DNA of 64,000 nt from Candidatus Pacebacteria bacterium UBA6180 (GCA_002422165.1 DITQ01000001.1:7919-71918); one strand, 5' to 3'. Counted from the first letter of the stretch, positions 36,447 to 45,917 are shown. The notes: a model not told the origin generated them from the letters alone. A program made the numbers and translations.

Positions 36447-37559
36447 ATGCTTGATCAGTTCACTTCCGAATCCGTCGCCTCAGGACATCCTGACAAAATC
36501 TGCGATCAGATCTCTGATAGTATTGTTGACGCTTGTTTGGCAGCCGATCCACACAGTCGTGTGGCTGTCGAGACCCTCGTCACCACTGATAAAATTGTTT
36601 TGGCGGGTGAGATTACTTGCACGGCTGTGATCGACTATGAGGCCATCGCTCGTGCTACTGTCAAACGTCTTGGATATACCAATCCAGCTTGGGGTTTTTC
36701 CGATCAAGCTAGTGTTGAAGTTTACATCCACCAACAGTCGCCCGATATTGCAGCTGGTGTGGATGACGGTGGCGCTGGTGATCAGGGAATTATGTTTGGT
36801 TTTGCTTGTGACGAAACGCCTGAACTGATGCCTTTACCAATCATGCTTGCTCACCAACTAGTGCGCAATCTCGACCAAGCTCGAGAAACTGGCCAACTGC
36901 CTTACTTGCGTCCTGATGGCAAAGCACAGGTGGTGATTGATTACGCAAATAGCAAACCAGTGAAAGCTTCAACTGTCATTATGGCGGTGCCTTATGATAA
37001 AGCGGTTGCCAAAGAGCAACTAGAAAAAGATTTGTGGGAAAAAATTATTGTTCCTGCTCTTCGCAAGTATTTACCCAAGCAAACTCTTGACCAAAAACAA
37101 CTTAAGTTGATCATCAATGGTACTGGAGCTTGGGAAATTGGCGGACCTGCTTCTGACACAGGAGTGACTGGACGCAAAATCATTATCGACACCTACGGCG
37201 GTATGGGTCGGCACGGCGGCGGTTGTTTTTCGGGCAAAGATCCGAGCAAAGTCGATCGTTCCGGGGCCTATGCTGCTCGCTTTTTAGCCAAAAACATTGT
37301 CGCGCGTGGCTTGGCCAAGCGCGCTGAAGTGCGAGTGGCTTACGTGATAGGTCAGGCTAAACCAGTAGCAGTGGGAATTGAGACTTTTGGCACGGCGACG
37401 GTTAGTGATGTGAAAATCAAGGCTTACGCCAATTCTCTGCTTGATCTATCAGTGCAAAATATTATCAAGCAGTTAGATTTGCGTCGACCGATTTTTGCCG
37501 CGACAGCTGCTTATGGACACTTCGGCAGAGAAGAATTTAGCTGGGAAAAAATTATTTAA
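36447..37559 (+). CDS. metK: S-adenosylmethionine synthetase
   Basis: FTSESVASGHPDKICDQISD, GAGDQG, GGGCFSGKDPSKVDRS; AAGGAG RBS before ATG 36447. Confidence 0.98.
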   Translation: MLDQFTSESVASGHPDKICDQISDSIVDACLAADPHSRVAVETLVTTDKIVLAGEITCTAVIDYEAIARATVKRLGYTNPAWGFSDQASVEVYIHQQSPDIAAGVDDGGAGDQGIMFGFACDETPELMPLPIMLAHQLVRNLDQARETGQLPYLRPDGKAQVVIDYANSKPVKASTVIMAVPYDKAVAKEQLEKDLWEKIIVPALRKYLPKQTLDQKQLKLIINGTGAWEIGGPASDTGVTGRKIIIDTYGGMGRHGGGCFSGKDPSKVDRSGAYAARFLAKNIVARGLAKRAEVRVAYVIGQAKPVAVGIETFGTATVSDVKIKAYANSLLDLSVQNIIKQLDLRRPIFAATAAYGHFGREEFSWEKII

Positions 37560-37577
37560 GTTCGAAGATAAACTTTC

Positions 37578-37609
37578 AAAAACCCCACCTTTTTCAAGGT
37601 GGGGTAAAT
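37578..37609. terminator. Terminator hairpin between convergent metK and hsp20
   Basis: AAAA-ACCCCACCTT-TTTC-AAGGTGGGGT. Confidence 0.75.
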
Positions 37610-37658
37610 GATTCATCAGCGGATTTTTACGCTTTTTAGCTAAATTCGAGAACTCAAC

Positions 37659-38069
37659 TTAAGCCTTGATCTTCAACTTCCTGGGCTGAGCCAACTCAGA
37701 TTTCTTGAATTCGACTCTTAGGACGCCGTTTTGTACGGTTACTTCGGGCTCTTTACTCAAATCGATTTCACCAGGGACGGCGACCTTGTAGGAGTAAGAA
37801 AAAGCGGAGCGCGAGTAATATTTTCGATCTTCACTTTTCTCCTCAGTCTTTTTCTTGGCTTGAATCCAGAGCACACCTTTCTCAAACGTGATGTCGACAT
37901 CATCATTAGCCACGCCAGCGACGTTGGCTTCGACGACAACTTGGTTTTTGTCCTCGTAGACATTAAGGTTACTAGTAGAAGCACCATCAAAAAGGTCTTC
38001 ATCCCAGATGTCTGGCCAGCGGCTGAGCATGGCACTTAAGGGACTGTAGCGAACTATTGACATAGGCAA
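37659..38069 (-). CDS. Small heat-shock protein Hsp20
   Basis: NVYED, VDITFEKGVL, NGVLRV, PRKLKI. Confidence 0.92.
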   Translation of the reverse strand: MPMSIVRYSPLSAMLSRWPDIWDEDLFDGASTSNLNVYEDKNQVVVEANVAGVANDDVDITFEKGVLWIQAKKKTEEKSEDRKYYSRSAFSYSYKVAVPGEIDLSKEPEVTVQNGVLRVEFKKSELAQPRKLKIKA

Positions 38070-38102
38070 TTTCCTTTCTTTTTTGCAAATTAATTATTAC
38101 CT

Positions 38103-38129
38103 TTGGCAATCGCTGCCTACGACTGCTAG
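38103..38129. promoter_or_regulatory. CIRCE-like (HrcA) operator, proximal
   Basis: TTGGCAATC-N9-GACTGCTAG versus consensus TTAGCACTC-N9-GAGTGCTAA. Confidence 0.65.
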
Positions 38130-38145
38130 CTATATTAAAGCAAAC

Positions 38146-38172
38146 TTAGCAGTCTTTGTCAAATAGTGCTAA
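38146..38172. promoter_or_regulatory. CIRCE (HrcA) operator, distal, overlapping -35 TTGACA
   Basis: TTAGCAGTC-N9-TAGTGCTAA upstream of hsp20. Confidence 0.8.
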
Positions 38173-38181
38173 AAAGGGATT

Positions 38182-38342
38182 TTATGTAGCCTGCAGAATC
38201 GCTTTACTTACTGCCTGGACCACGCGTGGGTCAAAAGGATCTGGAATAATGCAATCTTCTCGTGGATCGGTCACCAGCGCGGTAAGGCTCGGCGACACCT
38301 GGAGTGTAAAGCTAAGGATTGTTGATAGATTTGCTTGGACAT
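38182..38342 (-). pseudogene. Malic enzyme remnant (internally deleted)
   Basis: Fragments MSKQIYQQSLALH, YTPGVAEP and ALVTDPREDCIIPDPFDPRVVQAVSKAI* separated by frame breaks. Confidence 0.8.
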
Positions 38343-38411
38343 AAGCAGTTATTCTAGCACCAAATATTCTAGAAAATTAGTGCTACAATGGTTTTTAAGA
38401 GAGAGGAGTTT

Positions 38412-39242
38412 ATGAAAAAACAAATGCTCTGGCCCTTGCTTTTAGCGTTCTTAGTTGGGTCTACTATCTACTATTTTTTCAATCGAGGAAGTTTATTTGA
38501 CCAGCCAGCGACTGAGCAGCTAGCAGGCCAGCAGTTGGCCGAATGCCCCTATGATCGCAACTTTTGTGCCTACATCGTTGCACAAGCTAAAGCCTTGGAG
38601 CGTGGCGTGGTAATTGAAACGACGACTACTGCCACTGATGGTAGCTCCAGTACCAGCCAGACCAGAATGGATGGCGCAGGCAGCATCGCCACGACCTCTT
38701 ACTTAAATGGTGAATTACAAGCAAACGTAGTGCTTTACGCTGGACAAACTTACGTTCAAGATTTAACTGATCAGGCTTGGTACGTGATGCGTTTGGACTT
38801 TGATCAGGCGGTTAGTAATGATGATGCCAACCCTCTGCCGGTCTATAGTGATCCGCGCCAAGCCTATGATTTGCAAGCATTGGCTCAAGTTAACAAACTG
38901 GGTACAGAGGCTTGTGGCAACTTGATGTGTGACAAATACGAATTGCTAAGCTCTCGAGAAATGGCCAATGCCACTCCTACTTATTTGTTGATTGACACCA
39001 GTGAACATTTGGCTCGTCGTTTGGAAATGATCTCTCCAGAAGGTAGTTTAGTTATGACTTATTCTTATGATGAAGAGGTGAGTGTGGAGAAACCTTATCC
39101 GCTCAAGGAAATGTCAACCATTACTTTCCCCTCTGGAAATTTAGATGAAATGCCAAGTGATGTGCCAGATCAGATGCCAAGTGAAGCGCCTTCACAGCAA
39201 GAGTTAGAAGAAATGATGCAAAATTATGGTTTGGACGGCTGA
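38412..39242 (+). CDS. Membrane-anchored exported hypothetical protein (possibly LolA-like beta fold)
   Basis: N-terminal TM; GTEACGNLMCDKY; acidic tail. Confidence 0.6.
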   Translation: MKKQMLWPLLLAFLVGSTIYYFFNRGSLFDQPATEQLAGQQLAECPYDRNFCAYIVAQAKALERGVVIETTTTATDGSSSTSQTRMDGAGSIATTSYLNGELQANVVLYAGQTYVQDLTDQAWYVMRLDFDQAVSNDDANPLPVYSDPRQAYDLQALAQVNKLGTEACGNLMCDKYELLSSREMANATPTYLLIDTSEHLARRLEMISPEGSLVMTYSYDEEVSVEKPYPLKEMSTITFPSGNLDEMPSDVPDQMPSEAPSQQELEEMMQNYGLDG

Positions 39243-39379
39243 GTCTAGATTTTTTAGGTCAGTTGACTGATTTCTTGACCAAGCGCAACCAAGTACCTCA
39301 TTGTAGAAATCATGAGTAAGAAAAGCACCTGCAGAAATGGCGGTGACATTGTATAATCGATCGATAGAAAGGCAATCAA

Positions 39380-40052
39380 ATGTTGCAGGAATTCTCTGTT
39401 GCTGCATTGCAGCGACCAATTTTTATTTTAGCCCATCCTGATGATGAGCTTTTGTTCTTTGGAGTACTTGACTGTCTTTGTCGAAAATACTAACGCACAT
39501 CCTCTCCTCATTTTCTTGACTGCTGGTGAATTTGGCATTGCTGCTGATTCACCGCTTACTCCTGAAGAAATGGCCTTGATCAGAAGAAAAGAGGCCGAGC
39601 AAGCAGCTTATTCTCTTGGCGCAAGTGTGATCATCATGAGCTTTCCTGATTCAGGTTTGTCATTCATCCCACTAGAAAAGTTAGTTGAGGCGGTCATGCC
39701 GATCATTCGTGAACACGAGGCCGATGGGATTTTTTCTTTTGATCCTTTTGTGACAGCTGACCTCATAGATCATCCTGATCATAACGTCGCCGGCCAGGTA
39801 GCCCGCTATAGCGCGATGGCAGACGTCAAATATTTTCTGCCAGAGTCAAAAGCTTTGCAGAAAAGGCCGCAGTTGTATTTGTTGACGAGGCCTAATGAAG
39901 AGAATCATACCTTGCCTCACACAGCGGAACTAGATCAGCGAAGAGTTAAATATATGGAAAAACACTACCCCTCACAGTTCAGGCCAGAAAAGCGCGAGGA
40001 ATGGGTGACTTTCTTTGATAGCACCATTGAGGCTTACGAGCGAGTCAGGTAA
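39380..40052 (+). pseudogene. PIG-L/LmbE family deacetylase, frameshifted
   Basis: AHPDDE in the frame starting 39380; LTAGE, R..EA..AA..LG, FPD, HPDH in the frame of ORF 39441. Confidence 0.78.
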
Positions 40053-40061
40053 TAACTAACC

Positions 40062-40241
40062 TTACTTAGGCATGGCAAGCAGACCCATCTTGGAGAAGTA
40101 GAGCCAAGCCAAGATGATAACAAAAATGATGAAGACGGCAATCAAGTTATTGGCTTGGGGGTGCTTGCGGTGAAACTCTTCTTGTTCCTTGAGTAATAAT
40201 GGTTTGGAGAGGATGGACTGTTTAGTCTTTTTCTTGGGCAT
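40062..40241 (-). CDS. Small single-TM protein (59 aa, not in ORF track)
   Basis: MPKKKTKQSILSKPLLLKEQEEFHRKHPQANNLIAVFIIFVIILAWLYFSKMGLLAMPK*. Confidence 0.65.
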   Translation of the reverse strand: MPKKKTKQSILSKPLLLKEQEEFHRKHPQANNLIAVFIIFVIILAWLYFSKMGLLAMPK

Positions 40242-40330
40242 GGCAGGCTTTAGATAATTATTACTTGGTAAATTTTACAGCATAAGGCTGCTACTACGCA
40301 AGCGATGCTCACTCATGTTATGCTTAATGT

Positions 40331-42022
40331 ATGCTTGCCGATAACAAACTTGCCCAACTTTTACTTGAAGCTAAGAAGACCGATCAGGCCACCCTCAAAA
40401 AAGCGGCTGATTTCGCAGTGGAAAATAAAATTAACCTTTACGAGGCGCTTGTTCAGTCAGAATTAGTTAGTGACAGAGATATTGGTGAAGTAGTGGCAGC
40501 GGTATACAAGTTGCCATTAGTAGTTTTGACTCAAGTTTCGATTTTGCCAGAAGTGATCAACATTATTCCTGAAGCGATTGCCCAGAAATCGCGAGTAATT
40601 GCTTTCCAAAGGACGGATGCAGACATCAAAGTTGCCATTGCTGACCCAAGCAGTGTTGCTGTGCTCAAGTCAATTGAAAAAAAAACCGGTTTGAAGGTAA
40701 GTGTCTATTATGCCACCGAGAATGACATTGATCACGTTATTTCACTTTATCGTCAAGACTTGCAGAAGAAATTTGAAGCTCTTCTCAAGGAAGGCTTGGG
40801 TTCAGCGGTAATTTCAGACAAGAAAATTGATCCCCCTATCGAAAAAATCCTCTATTTGCTCATCAGCTCTGCTTACGAACAGAAGGCTTCAGACATCCAC
40901 ATTGAGCCCAAAGAAAATGAATCACTAGTTCGTTTTCGCATCGATGGCATCCTGTATGATTCCTTGCGTTTTCCACTCAAGTTGCATGATCGTATCGTCA
41001 CTAGAATCAAAGTTTTATCCAATCTGCGCACCGACGAGCATTTAACTGCCCAGGATGGCAAAATGCAAATTACTTTGGAGGCAGAAAATTTGGATTTGCG
41101 TGTCTCCATTTTACCGATCGCTGATGGTGAGAAGGTAGTTTTGCGTTTGTTGTCATCCAAATCACGCTCTTTTTCTCTAAGTGATCTGGGAATGAATGAA
41201 ATTGATTTGGAAAAGATGAAGAAGGCCTTTAGCAAGCCAAATGGTATGATTTTGTCGACTGGACCGACGGGTGCAGGTAAAACCACTTCCATCTACGCCA
41301 TTTTGAAAGTCATCAATACTCGGGACAAAAACATCACCTCAGTCGAGGATCCAGTCGAGTACAAAATTAAGGGCGTCAATCAAATTCAGGTCAACACCAA
41401 GACCAACCTGACTTTTGCCAATGGCTTGCGCTCAGTGCTGCGCCAAGATCCAGATTACATCTTCGTCGGGGAGATTCGTGACAACGAGACGGCGGCGATT
41501 GCCGTCAATGCGGCCCTGACTGGTCATTTGGTATTTTCGACCCTGCACACCAATGATGCTCCTTCAGCTATTCCTAGACTGATTGACATGCAAGTTGAGC
41601 CATTTTTGGTGGCTTCGACAGTCAATCTAGTGGTTGCTCAGCGCTTGGTGCGCAAAAACTGTGAGCACTGTCGCCAGGAATTCACCGTTTCTCGTGAACA
41701 AATGAATAGCTATTTTTCTACAGAGCTGGTGACACAGTATTTTCCGAGTGACAAGCAAGGCAAAGATATTACCCTGACCAAAGGTAAAGGTTGTAAGAAA
41801 TGCAATTTTAGCGGCTATGAAGGTCGTATTGGTATTTTTGAACTCTTGGAGGTGACCAAGGACATTCGCGCTCTAATCACTGACAAGCAGGATTCCGACG
41901 TAATCCGTGAAGCGGCGCTTAAGGAAGGCATGGTCAGTATGCTTGACGATGGTCTGCAAAAAATTGCCAAAGGTTTAACTACCATAGAAGAAGTATTTAG
42001 AGTCACCAAGGTCGAGTCCTAA
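40331..42022 (+). CDS. pilB: Type IV pilus/T2SS assembly ATPase PilB/GspE
   Basis: ASDIHIEP, GPTGAGKTT, EDPVEY, LRQDPD, TGHLVFSTLHTND, two CxxC. Confidence 0.95.
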   Translation: MLADNKLAQLLLEAKKTDQATLKKAADFAVENKINLYEALVQSELVSDRDIGEVVAAVYKLPLVVLTQVSILPEVINIIPEAIAQKSRVIAFQRTDADIKVAIADPSSVAVLKSIEKKTGLKVSVYYATENDIDHVISLYRQDLQKKFEALLKEGLGSAVISDKKIDPPIEKILYLLISSAYEQKASDIHIEPKENESLVRFRIDGILYDSLRFPLKLHDRIVTRIKVLSNLRTDEHLTAQDGKMQITLEAENLDLRVSILPIADGEKVVLRLLSSKSRSFSLSDLGMNEIDLEKMKKAFSKPNGMILSTGPTGAGKTTSIYAILKVINTRDKNITSVEDPVEYKIKGVNQIQVNTKTNLTFANGLRSVLRQDPDYIFVGEIRDNETAAIAVNAALTGHLVFSTLHTNDAPSAIPRLIDMQVEPFLVASTVNLVVAQRLVRKNCEHCRQEFTVSREQMNSYFSTELVTQYFPSDKQGKDITLTKGKGCKKCNFSGYEGRIGIFELLEVTKDIRALITDKQDSDVIREAALKEGMVSMLDDGLQKIAKGLTTIEEVFRVTKVES

Positions 42023-42033
42023 TTTGACACGCC

Positions 42034-43089
42034 ATGCAAGTTTCTTCACTCAAAATTACCCCTGATGAAAAGATGCAGTTGCTCAGTAATATGGGGACGA
42101 TGCTGGCGGCTGGTATTCCTATTCTAGAAGTGGTCAATTCTTTGCTAGAAGAAGCCAAAGCCAACGTCAAGAAAATTTTGACCACTCTCAAGGAAGATTT
42201 GGAGTCAGGCAAAGTGATTAATGAGTCGTTTTCGAAATTTCCGCGCTCATTTGATAAAGTGACAGTCAACTTGATCAAAGCTGCCGAAGAGGCGGGCACT
42301 CTGGAAGTGGCCCTCAAAGATCTCAAGGAAGGCATTCGCAAAGAAATGGAATTCAATGATAAGGTCAAATCTGCACTGATGTATCCAGTTTTTGTCTTAA
42401 TGGTTTTCATCGGAGTGATGCTGATGATGCTGATTGTGGTCATCCCCAAAATTGCCAAGGTTTTCACTCGTCTCAAAGCTGACTTGCCTTTGCCCACTAA
42501 AATTATGATCTACGCTTCGGACATACTGATCAATCATTGGCAGTGGGTTTTGGTTGGCTTGGGTTTATTCATTTTGATTATCATGCTGCTAGTGCGTTAT
42601 CAGAAGCAATTTTTATTATCTATTTTGCACTCGATTCCCTTGGTTTCTGACTTGGTGCGCCAAATCGACATCACTCGTTTCGCTCGCAGCATGGCACTTC
42701 TGCTCAATTCTGGCATTCCTATCGTGGCTGCTCTAGAGCTATCTCAAGATGTGATGGTCAAAAAAGAAATGAGACAGCTAGTGGAAAATGCTAGGCAAAT
42801 GGTGATGGCCGGCAAGCGCTTTGCTGAAGGCTTGCGCTCCAAGAAAAAATTGGTCTCAGGGATGACTATTAAGTTAATTGAAGTTGGCGAACGCAGTGGC
42901 ACTCTCAATGAGTCGATGAAAGACATCACCGAGAATTTAGATTATGAAGTCACCAAAAACCTAGAATCAGCGACGGCTTTGTTAGAGCCAATTATGCTGG
43001 TTTTTGTCGGTGTGGTTGTCGGCGGCATGATGATGTCCATCATCGGACCGATTTATGGCTTGATTTCTACCGTGCAGATTGGACGGTAA
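42034..43089 (+). CDS. pilC: Type IV pilus platform protein PilC/GspF
   Basis: ALMYP, GERSGTL, LLEP. Confidence 0.93.
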   Translation: MQVSSLKITPDEKMQLLSNMGTMLAAGIPILEVVNSLLEEAKANVKKILTTLKEDLESGKVINESFSKFPRSFDKVTVNLIKAAEEAGTLEVALKDLKEGIRKEMEFNDKVKSALMYPVFVLMVFIGVMLMMLIVVIPKIAKVFTRLKADLPLPTKIMIYASDILINHWQWVLVGLGLFILIIMLLVRYQKQFLLSILHSIPLVSDLVRQIDITRFARSMALLLNSGIPIVAALELSQDVMVKKEMRQLVENARQMVMAGKRFAEGLRSKKKLVSGMTIKLIEVGERSGTLNESMKDITENLDYEVTKNLESATALLEPIMLVFVGVVVGGMMMSIIGPIYGLISTVQIGR

Positions 43090-43094
43090 ATTAA

Positions 43095-43655
43095 TTAGTA
43101 CGGAACATTCTTAATTTTTAATAGATATCCAATCACATTGCTTGCCAGATGCAAAACAATAAACATCATTACGACTGTAAGAACATCCTTAAGTGAAATA
43201 GAAACGATAGAGCTAGCTGCTAACATGGCAAACACAGAGTGATCCATTTCATCAAATGGTATCCATGGAGAATGGGGATCTCTATTTAAAGTTCTTTTCA
43301 ATATACTTTTAAACACATCTCCAAATAAGGCAAAAAATGACATTATTAAATAAAGTAAAATACTAGTTTTCTCATCAATTTGCACTAACAAATATTGGTC
43401 TGAGATCAGTTTGTCTAAATAAATTGTCTTAAAAATTCCAAAACCAAAACCAAACAAAGTTCCAAAAAGAAATCCTCCAAGATTTTTATGATCTCCAATT
43501 ATTCTGTTGCCATTGATTTTCAAGCCAAAATCAATGGGTTTTTTTATTGATTTGAATAGAGGAATAAACTTAGCAATATTAGCACCTATGTTTGCCATGG
43601 CGGCTGGCAGGTAGAAATAAAAGCAAGCAAATAAATAAATTCCTACTACTTCCAT
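43095..43655 (-). CDS. CarS (CDP-archaeol synthase/DUF46)-like CTP transferase
   Basis: LPAAMAN, PIDFG...RIIGDHKN..GF, GD..KS..KR, PFDEMD. Confidence 0.82.
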   Translation of the reverse strand: MEVVGIYLFACFYFYLPAAMANIGANIAKFIPLFKSIKKPIDFGLKINGNRIIGDHKNLGGFLFGTLFGFGFGIFKTIYLDKLISDQYLLVQIDEKTSILLYLIMSFFALFGDVFKSILKRTLNRDPHSPWIPFDEMDHSVFAMLAASSIVSISLKDVLTVVMMFIVLHLASNVIGYLLKIKNVPY

Positions 43656-44101
43656 AAAATCATAATCCCTAAATAAAATGCCCACAAAAATCTGAGCGGC
43701 AACATTAAATGTTTATTAGATTTGATGCTATAAATTGAAAGAAATATATTTATTAAATACAAAGCAAAAAAGATTTTTCCAAGATCAGTATTTAAATGTG
43801 CTGCGAAAATAAAACCTTCGCTTATTCTGTCCACTACCACATCAATCATCCAACCCTTTTTAGAAATTGTTTTTCTAGCTCTAGCGGCAGCACCGTCCAA
43901 CCAATCAGCAAGTAAAATTAAAACAATTAAATAAAAGTTTAAGTGATGATTGTTAATAAACAAATAAAATATTGAAGCCAGTAGTGAAAATATTTGCAAA
44001 TAATTGGGGTTAAAAAAACCAAATGGGAGAAATTTCTCCATCAACTCAAGAGGTTTTCTGTATATGCTAGCTAAAGCTGTCCGCTGAGGAACATTTTCCA
44101 T
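43646..44101 (-). CDS. CDP-alcohol phosphatidyltransferase family protein
   Basis: NPN, DWLDGAAAR......GWMIDVVVDRISE matches the DxxDGxxAR..GxxxDxxxD signature. Confidence 0.9.
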   Translation of the reverse strand: MENVPQRTALASIYRKPLELMEKFLPFGFFNPNYLQIFSLLASIFYLFINNHHLNFYLIVLILLADWLDGAAARARKTISKKGWMIDVVVDRISEGFIFAAHLNTDLGKIFFALYLINIFLSIYSIKSNKHLMLPLRFLWAFYLGIMILWK

Positions 44102-44532
44102 AAAAATCCTGAAATTAATAATACAATTATTTCAATAATAATTTTTAAACTTCTTTTTTGGGGGAGTAAGTTTATTTCTGATTTATCAAATGGATTAAAG
44201 GGAATTGATATTCCAATAATAAAATCTTCTGCCAGATGAATCATCATTGGTATTCCAATTAAAATTGCCATTTGTAAATTAAAAAATGATATAAAAAGCA
44301 TTAGCAATCCAATAATAATAAAGCCAATCAGCTCATGAAAAATGCTTCTGGCTTTATGCATGTTTTCAGGAACTGCAGTACTTTTGTCTTTGAAAAAATA
44401 ATAAAGATGATCTAAGTCGATAATTGCGGCACTGATGAATGGAATTATTAATAAAGAATGTTGGTTAGATTGTACTCCAGCCAACAAAACAGCTACTAAA
44501 GATCCAGAAATCGCGTGAGTTAATGTTGTCAC
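44071..44532 (-). CDS. Membrane metal-dependent hydrolase (YdjM/DUF457-like)
   Basis: TH, DLDH, RSIFH, HLAED motifs; hydrophobic. Confidence 0.75.
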   Translation of the reverse strand: MTTLTHAISGSLVAVLLAGVQSNQHSLLIIPFISAAIIDLDHLYYFFKDKSTAVPENMHKARSIFHELIGFIIIGLLMLFISFFNLQMAILIGIPMMIHLAEDFIIGISIPFNPFDKSEINLLPQKRSLKIIIEIIVLLISGFLWKMFLSGQL

Positions 44533-44604
44533 CTGATCATTATGCTTAAAATAACAGTTTGGGTAAAGAGCAAATTACATTTGATTTGTCTGAACTGTAA
44601 ATTT

Positions 44605-44634
44605 AAAAAACCACCCGCTTGTGGCGGGTGGTTT
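44605..44634 (-). terminator. Intrinsic terminator of the pilin gene
   Basis: AAAAAACCACCCGC-TTGTG-GCGGGTGGTTT. Confidence 0.85.
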
Positions 44635-44658
44635 GCGTTTCTCTATTTAGAGTGGTAA

Positions 44659-45129
44659 TTACCGAGTGACGGTAATGACGGTGTCTGTCGCTTCTGGAGC
44701 TGAGACAGTGATGCGAGCGTCAGTGGCACTTTGGCTAATTTCGTAGCCAGTTGAGTAAGCCTCAGAACAGTCATCAACTGGATCTGCGCCGCTAGAAGGA
44801 TCAACTGGTAGGGCAGCGATGTATTGAGGTACTAAGTCGTCACACAAATCGATTAGGTCAGTACCATCAGAAATTTCAGTAGCAGTGGCAGTGATGGACC
44901 CTGGAGGTGTGCCGTTATGGTCAGCCATGTATTGGTGGACGGCATTGAGGATGGAGTTGACGTCACTGCTCCTTTGGGTGTTGTTAGCCTGAGCGAACTG
45001 ACGAGCAGGGTTGATGGCGATCAAAACAATCGCTAGTAAGACAGCTAAGATACCGATAACGACCAGAAGTTCAATAAGAGTAAAACCTTTGGCTTTGCTT
45101 AGCAATTTAGATGAGGCAGAAATTTGCAT
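44659..45129 (-). CDS. Type IV pilin (probable major pilin)
   Basis: KG|FTLIELLVVIGILAVL class III signal; own promoter and terminator. Confidence 0.92.
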   Translation of the reverse strand: MQISASSKLLSKAKGFTLIELLVVIGILAVLLAIVLIAINPARQFAQANNTQRSSDVNSILNAVHQYMADHNGTPPGSITATATEISDGTDLIDLCDDLVPQYIAALPVDPSSGADPVDDCSEAYSTGYEISQSATDARITVSAPEATDTVITVTR

Positions 45130-45174
45130 ATTCGATTTTCCGTAATTTTTAATATTTTCCTAATACTTACTATC

Positions 45175-45218
45175 AGTATAATTAGACAATTTGTAAACTG
45201 TCAAGTCAAGTTTACAAA
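45175..45218 (-). promoter_or_regulatory. Sigma70 promoter of the pilin gene with overlapping inverted repeat
   Basis: TTGACA-18-TATACT on the minus strand; TTTGTAAACT-N9-AGTTTACAAA at 45190-45218. Confidence 0.7.
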
Positions 45219-45230
45219 ACCATATCAAAA

Positions 45231-45908
45231 TTATCCATTTTGAGTCATTAATAAGTAAACGAGCAAGCCAATCATAGCTAAAAGGAAAATAATCATACCA
45301 ATGAGACGACCATTGATTTGAACCGATAAGAAAGACTGCTCATCCTGCATCTTGCGTTCCAATTCAGCTTCGTCGATGAAATTGTAGCTTTCCAAAATAC
45401 TTTGGTCTTTCAGAGATTGCTTGGCCAGTTCTTGAGTGAAGGGGTTTTCACTGGTTATGCCAGCGGCAAAGGAGGGTGCGGCCACCATTACTGTGAAGCC
45501 AGCTTGTTCACAAGCAGTCACAATTGGCTGTAATAAATCTTGATTGATGGCTACAATACGCGACCCACCTTGAATGGGAAAAATTTTAGTACTAATTTTA
45601 CTAAAAGGAATTGTGGCCAGAAAGCCTTGGACTTCTGGATCTTCATTGCTTATGTTGGTTTGTTGACTGTCTTGAAAAAAGTAAGTTTCTTCGACGAAGT
45701 AGATGGCTAGAGTTTTGGGGACTAGTTGGGTTTGTTTAACCCAATTTTTGAGAATGCGCTCAAGCGAAGGTTGACTAATGATTTCCAAGTCTTGAACCAC
45801 TTCAGTTGGCAGAGAAAGTGTTGATAAGTCAGCTAATTCTGGAGAATACAGTATCAGCGATTGGCGGTTGACGCATAAACAGGAGTGGGCGATGAATTTT
45901 TTTGACAT
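45231..45908 (-). CDS. Hypothetical pilus accessory protein (PilM/GspL-like, C-terminal TM)
   Basis: Last gene of the minor pilin operon; cytoplasmic domain plus TM. Confidence 0.5.
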   Translation of the reverse strand: MSKKFIAHSCLCVNRQSLILYSPELADLSTLSLPTEVVQDLEIISQPSLERILKNWVKQTQLVPKTLAIYFVEETYFFQDSQQTNISNEDPEVQGFLATIPFSKISTKIFPIQGGSRIVAINQDLLQPIVTACEQAGFTVMVAAPSFAAGITSENPFTQELAKQSLKDQSILESYNFIDEAELERKMQDEQSFLSVQINGRLIGMIIFLLAMIGLLVYLLMTQNG

Positions 45909-45917
45909 GATTAGTTT

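Noticed and set aside
36266-36454. ORF 36266-36454 and the 26-aa N-terminal extension of MetK from 36369
   Set aside because: Both overlap the riboswitch; MetK homology and the RBS point to ATG 36447.
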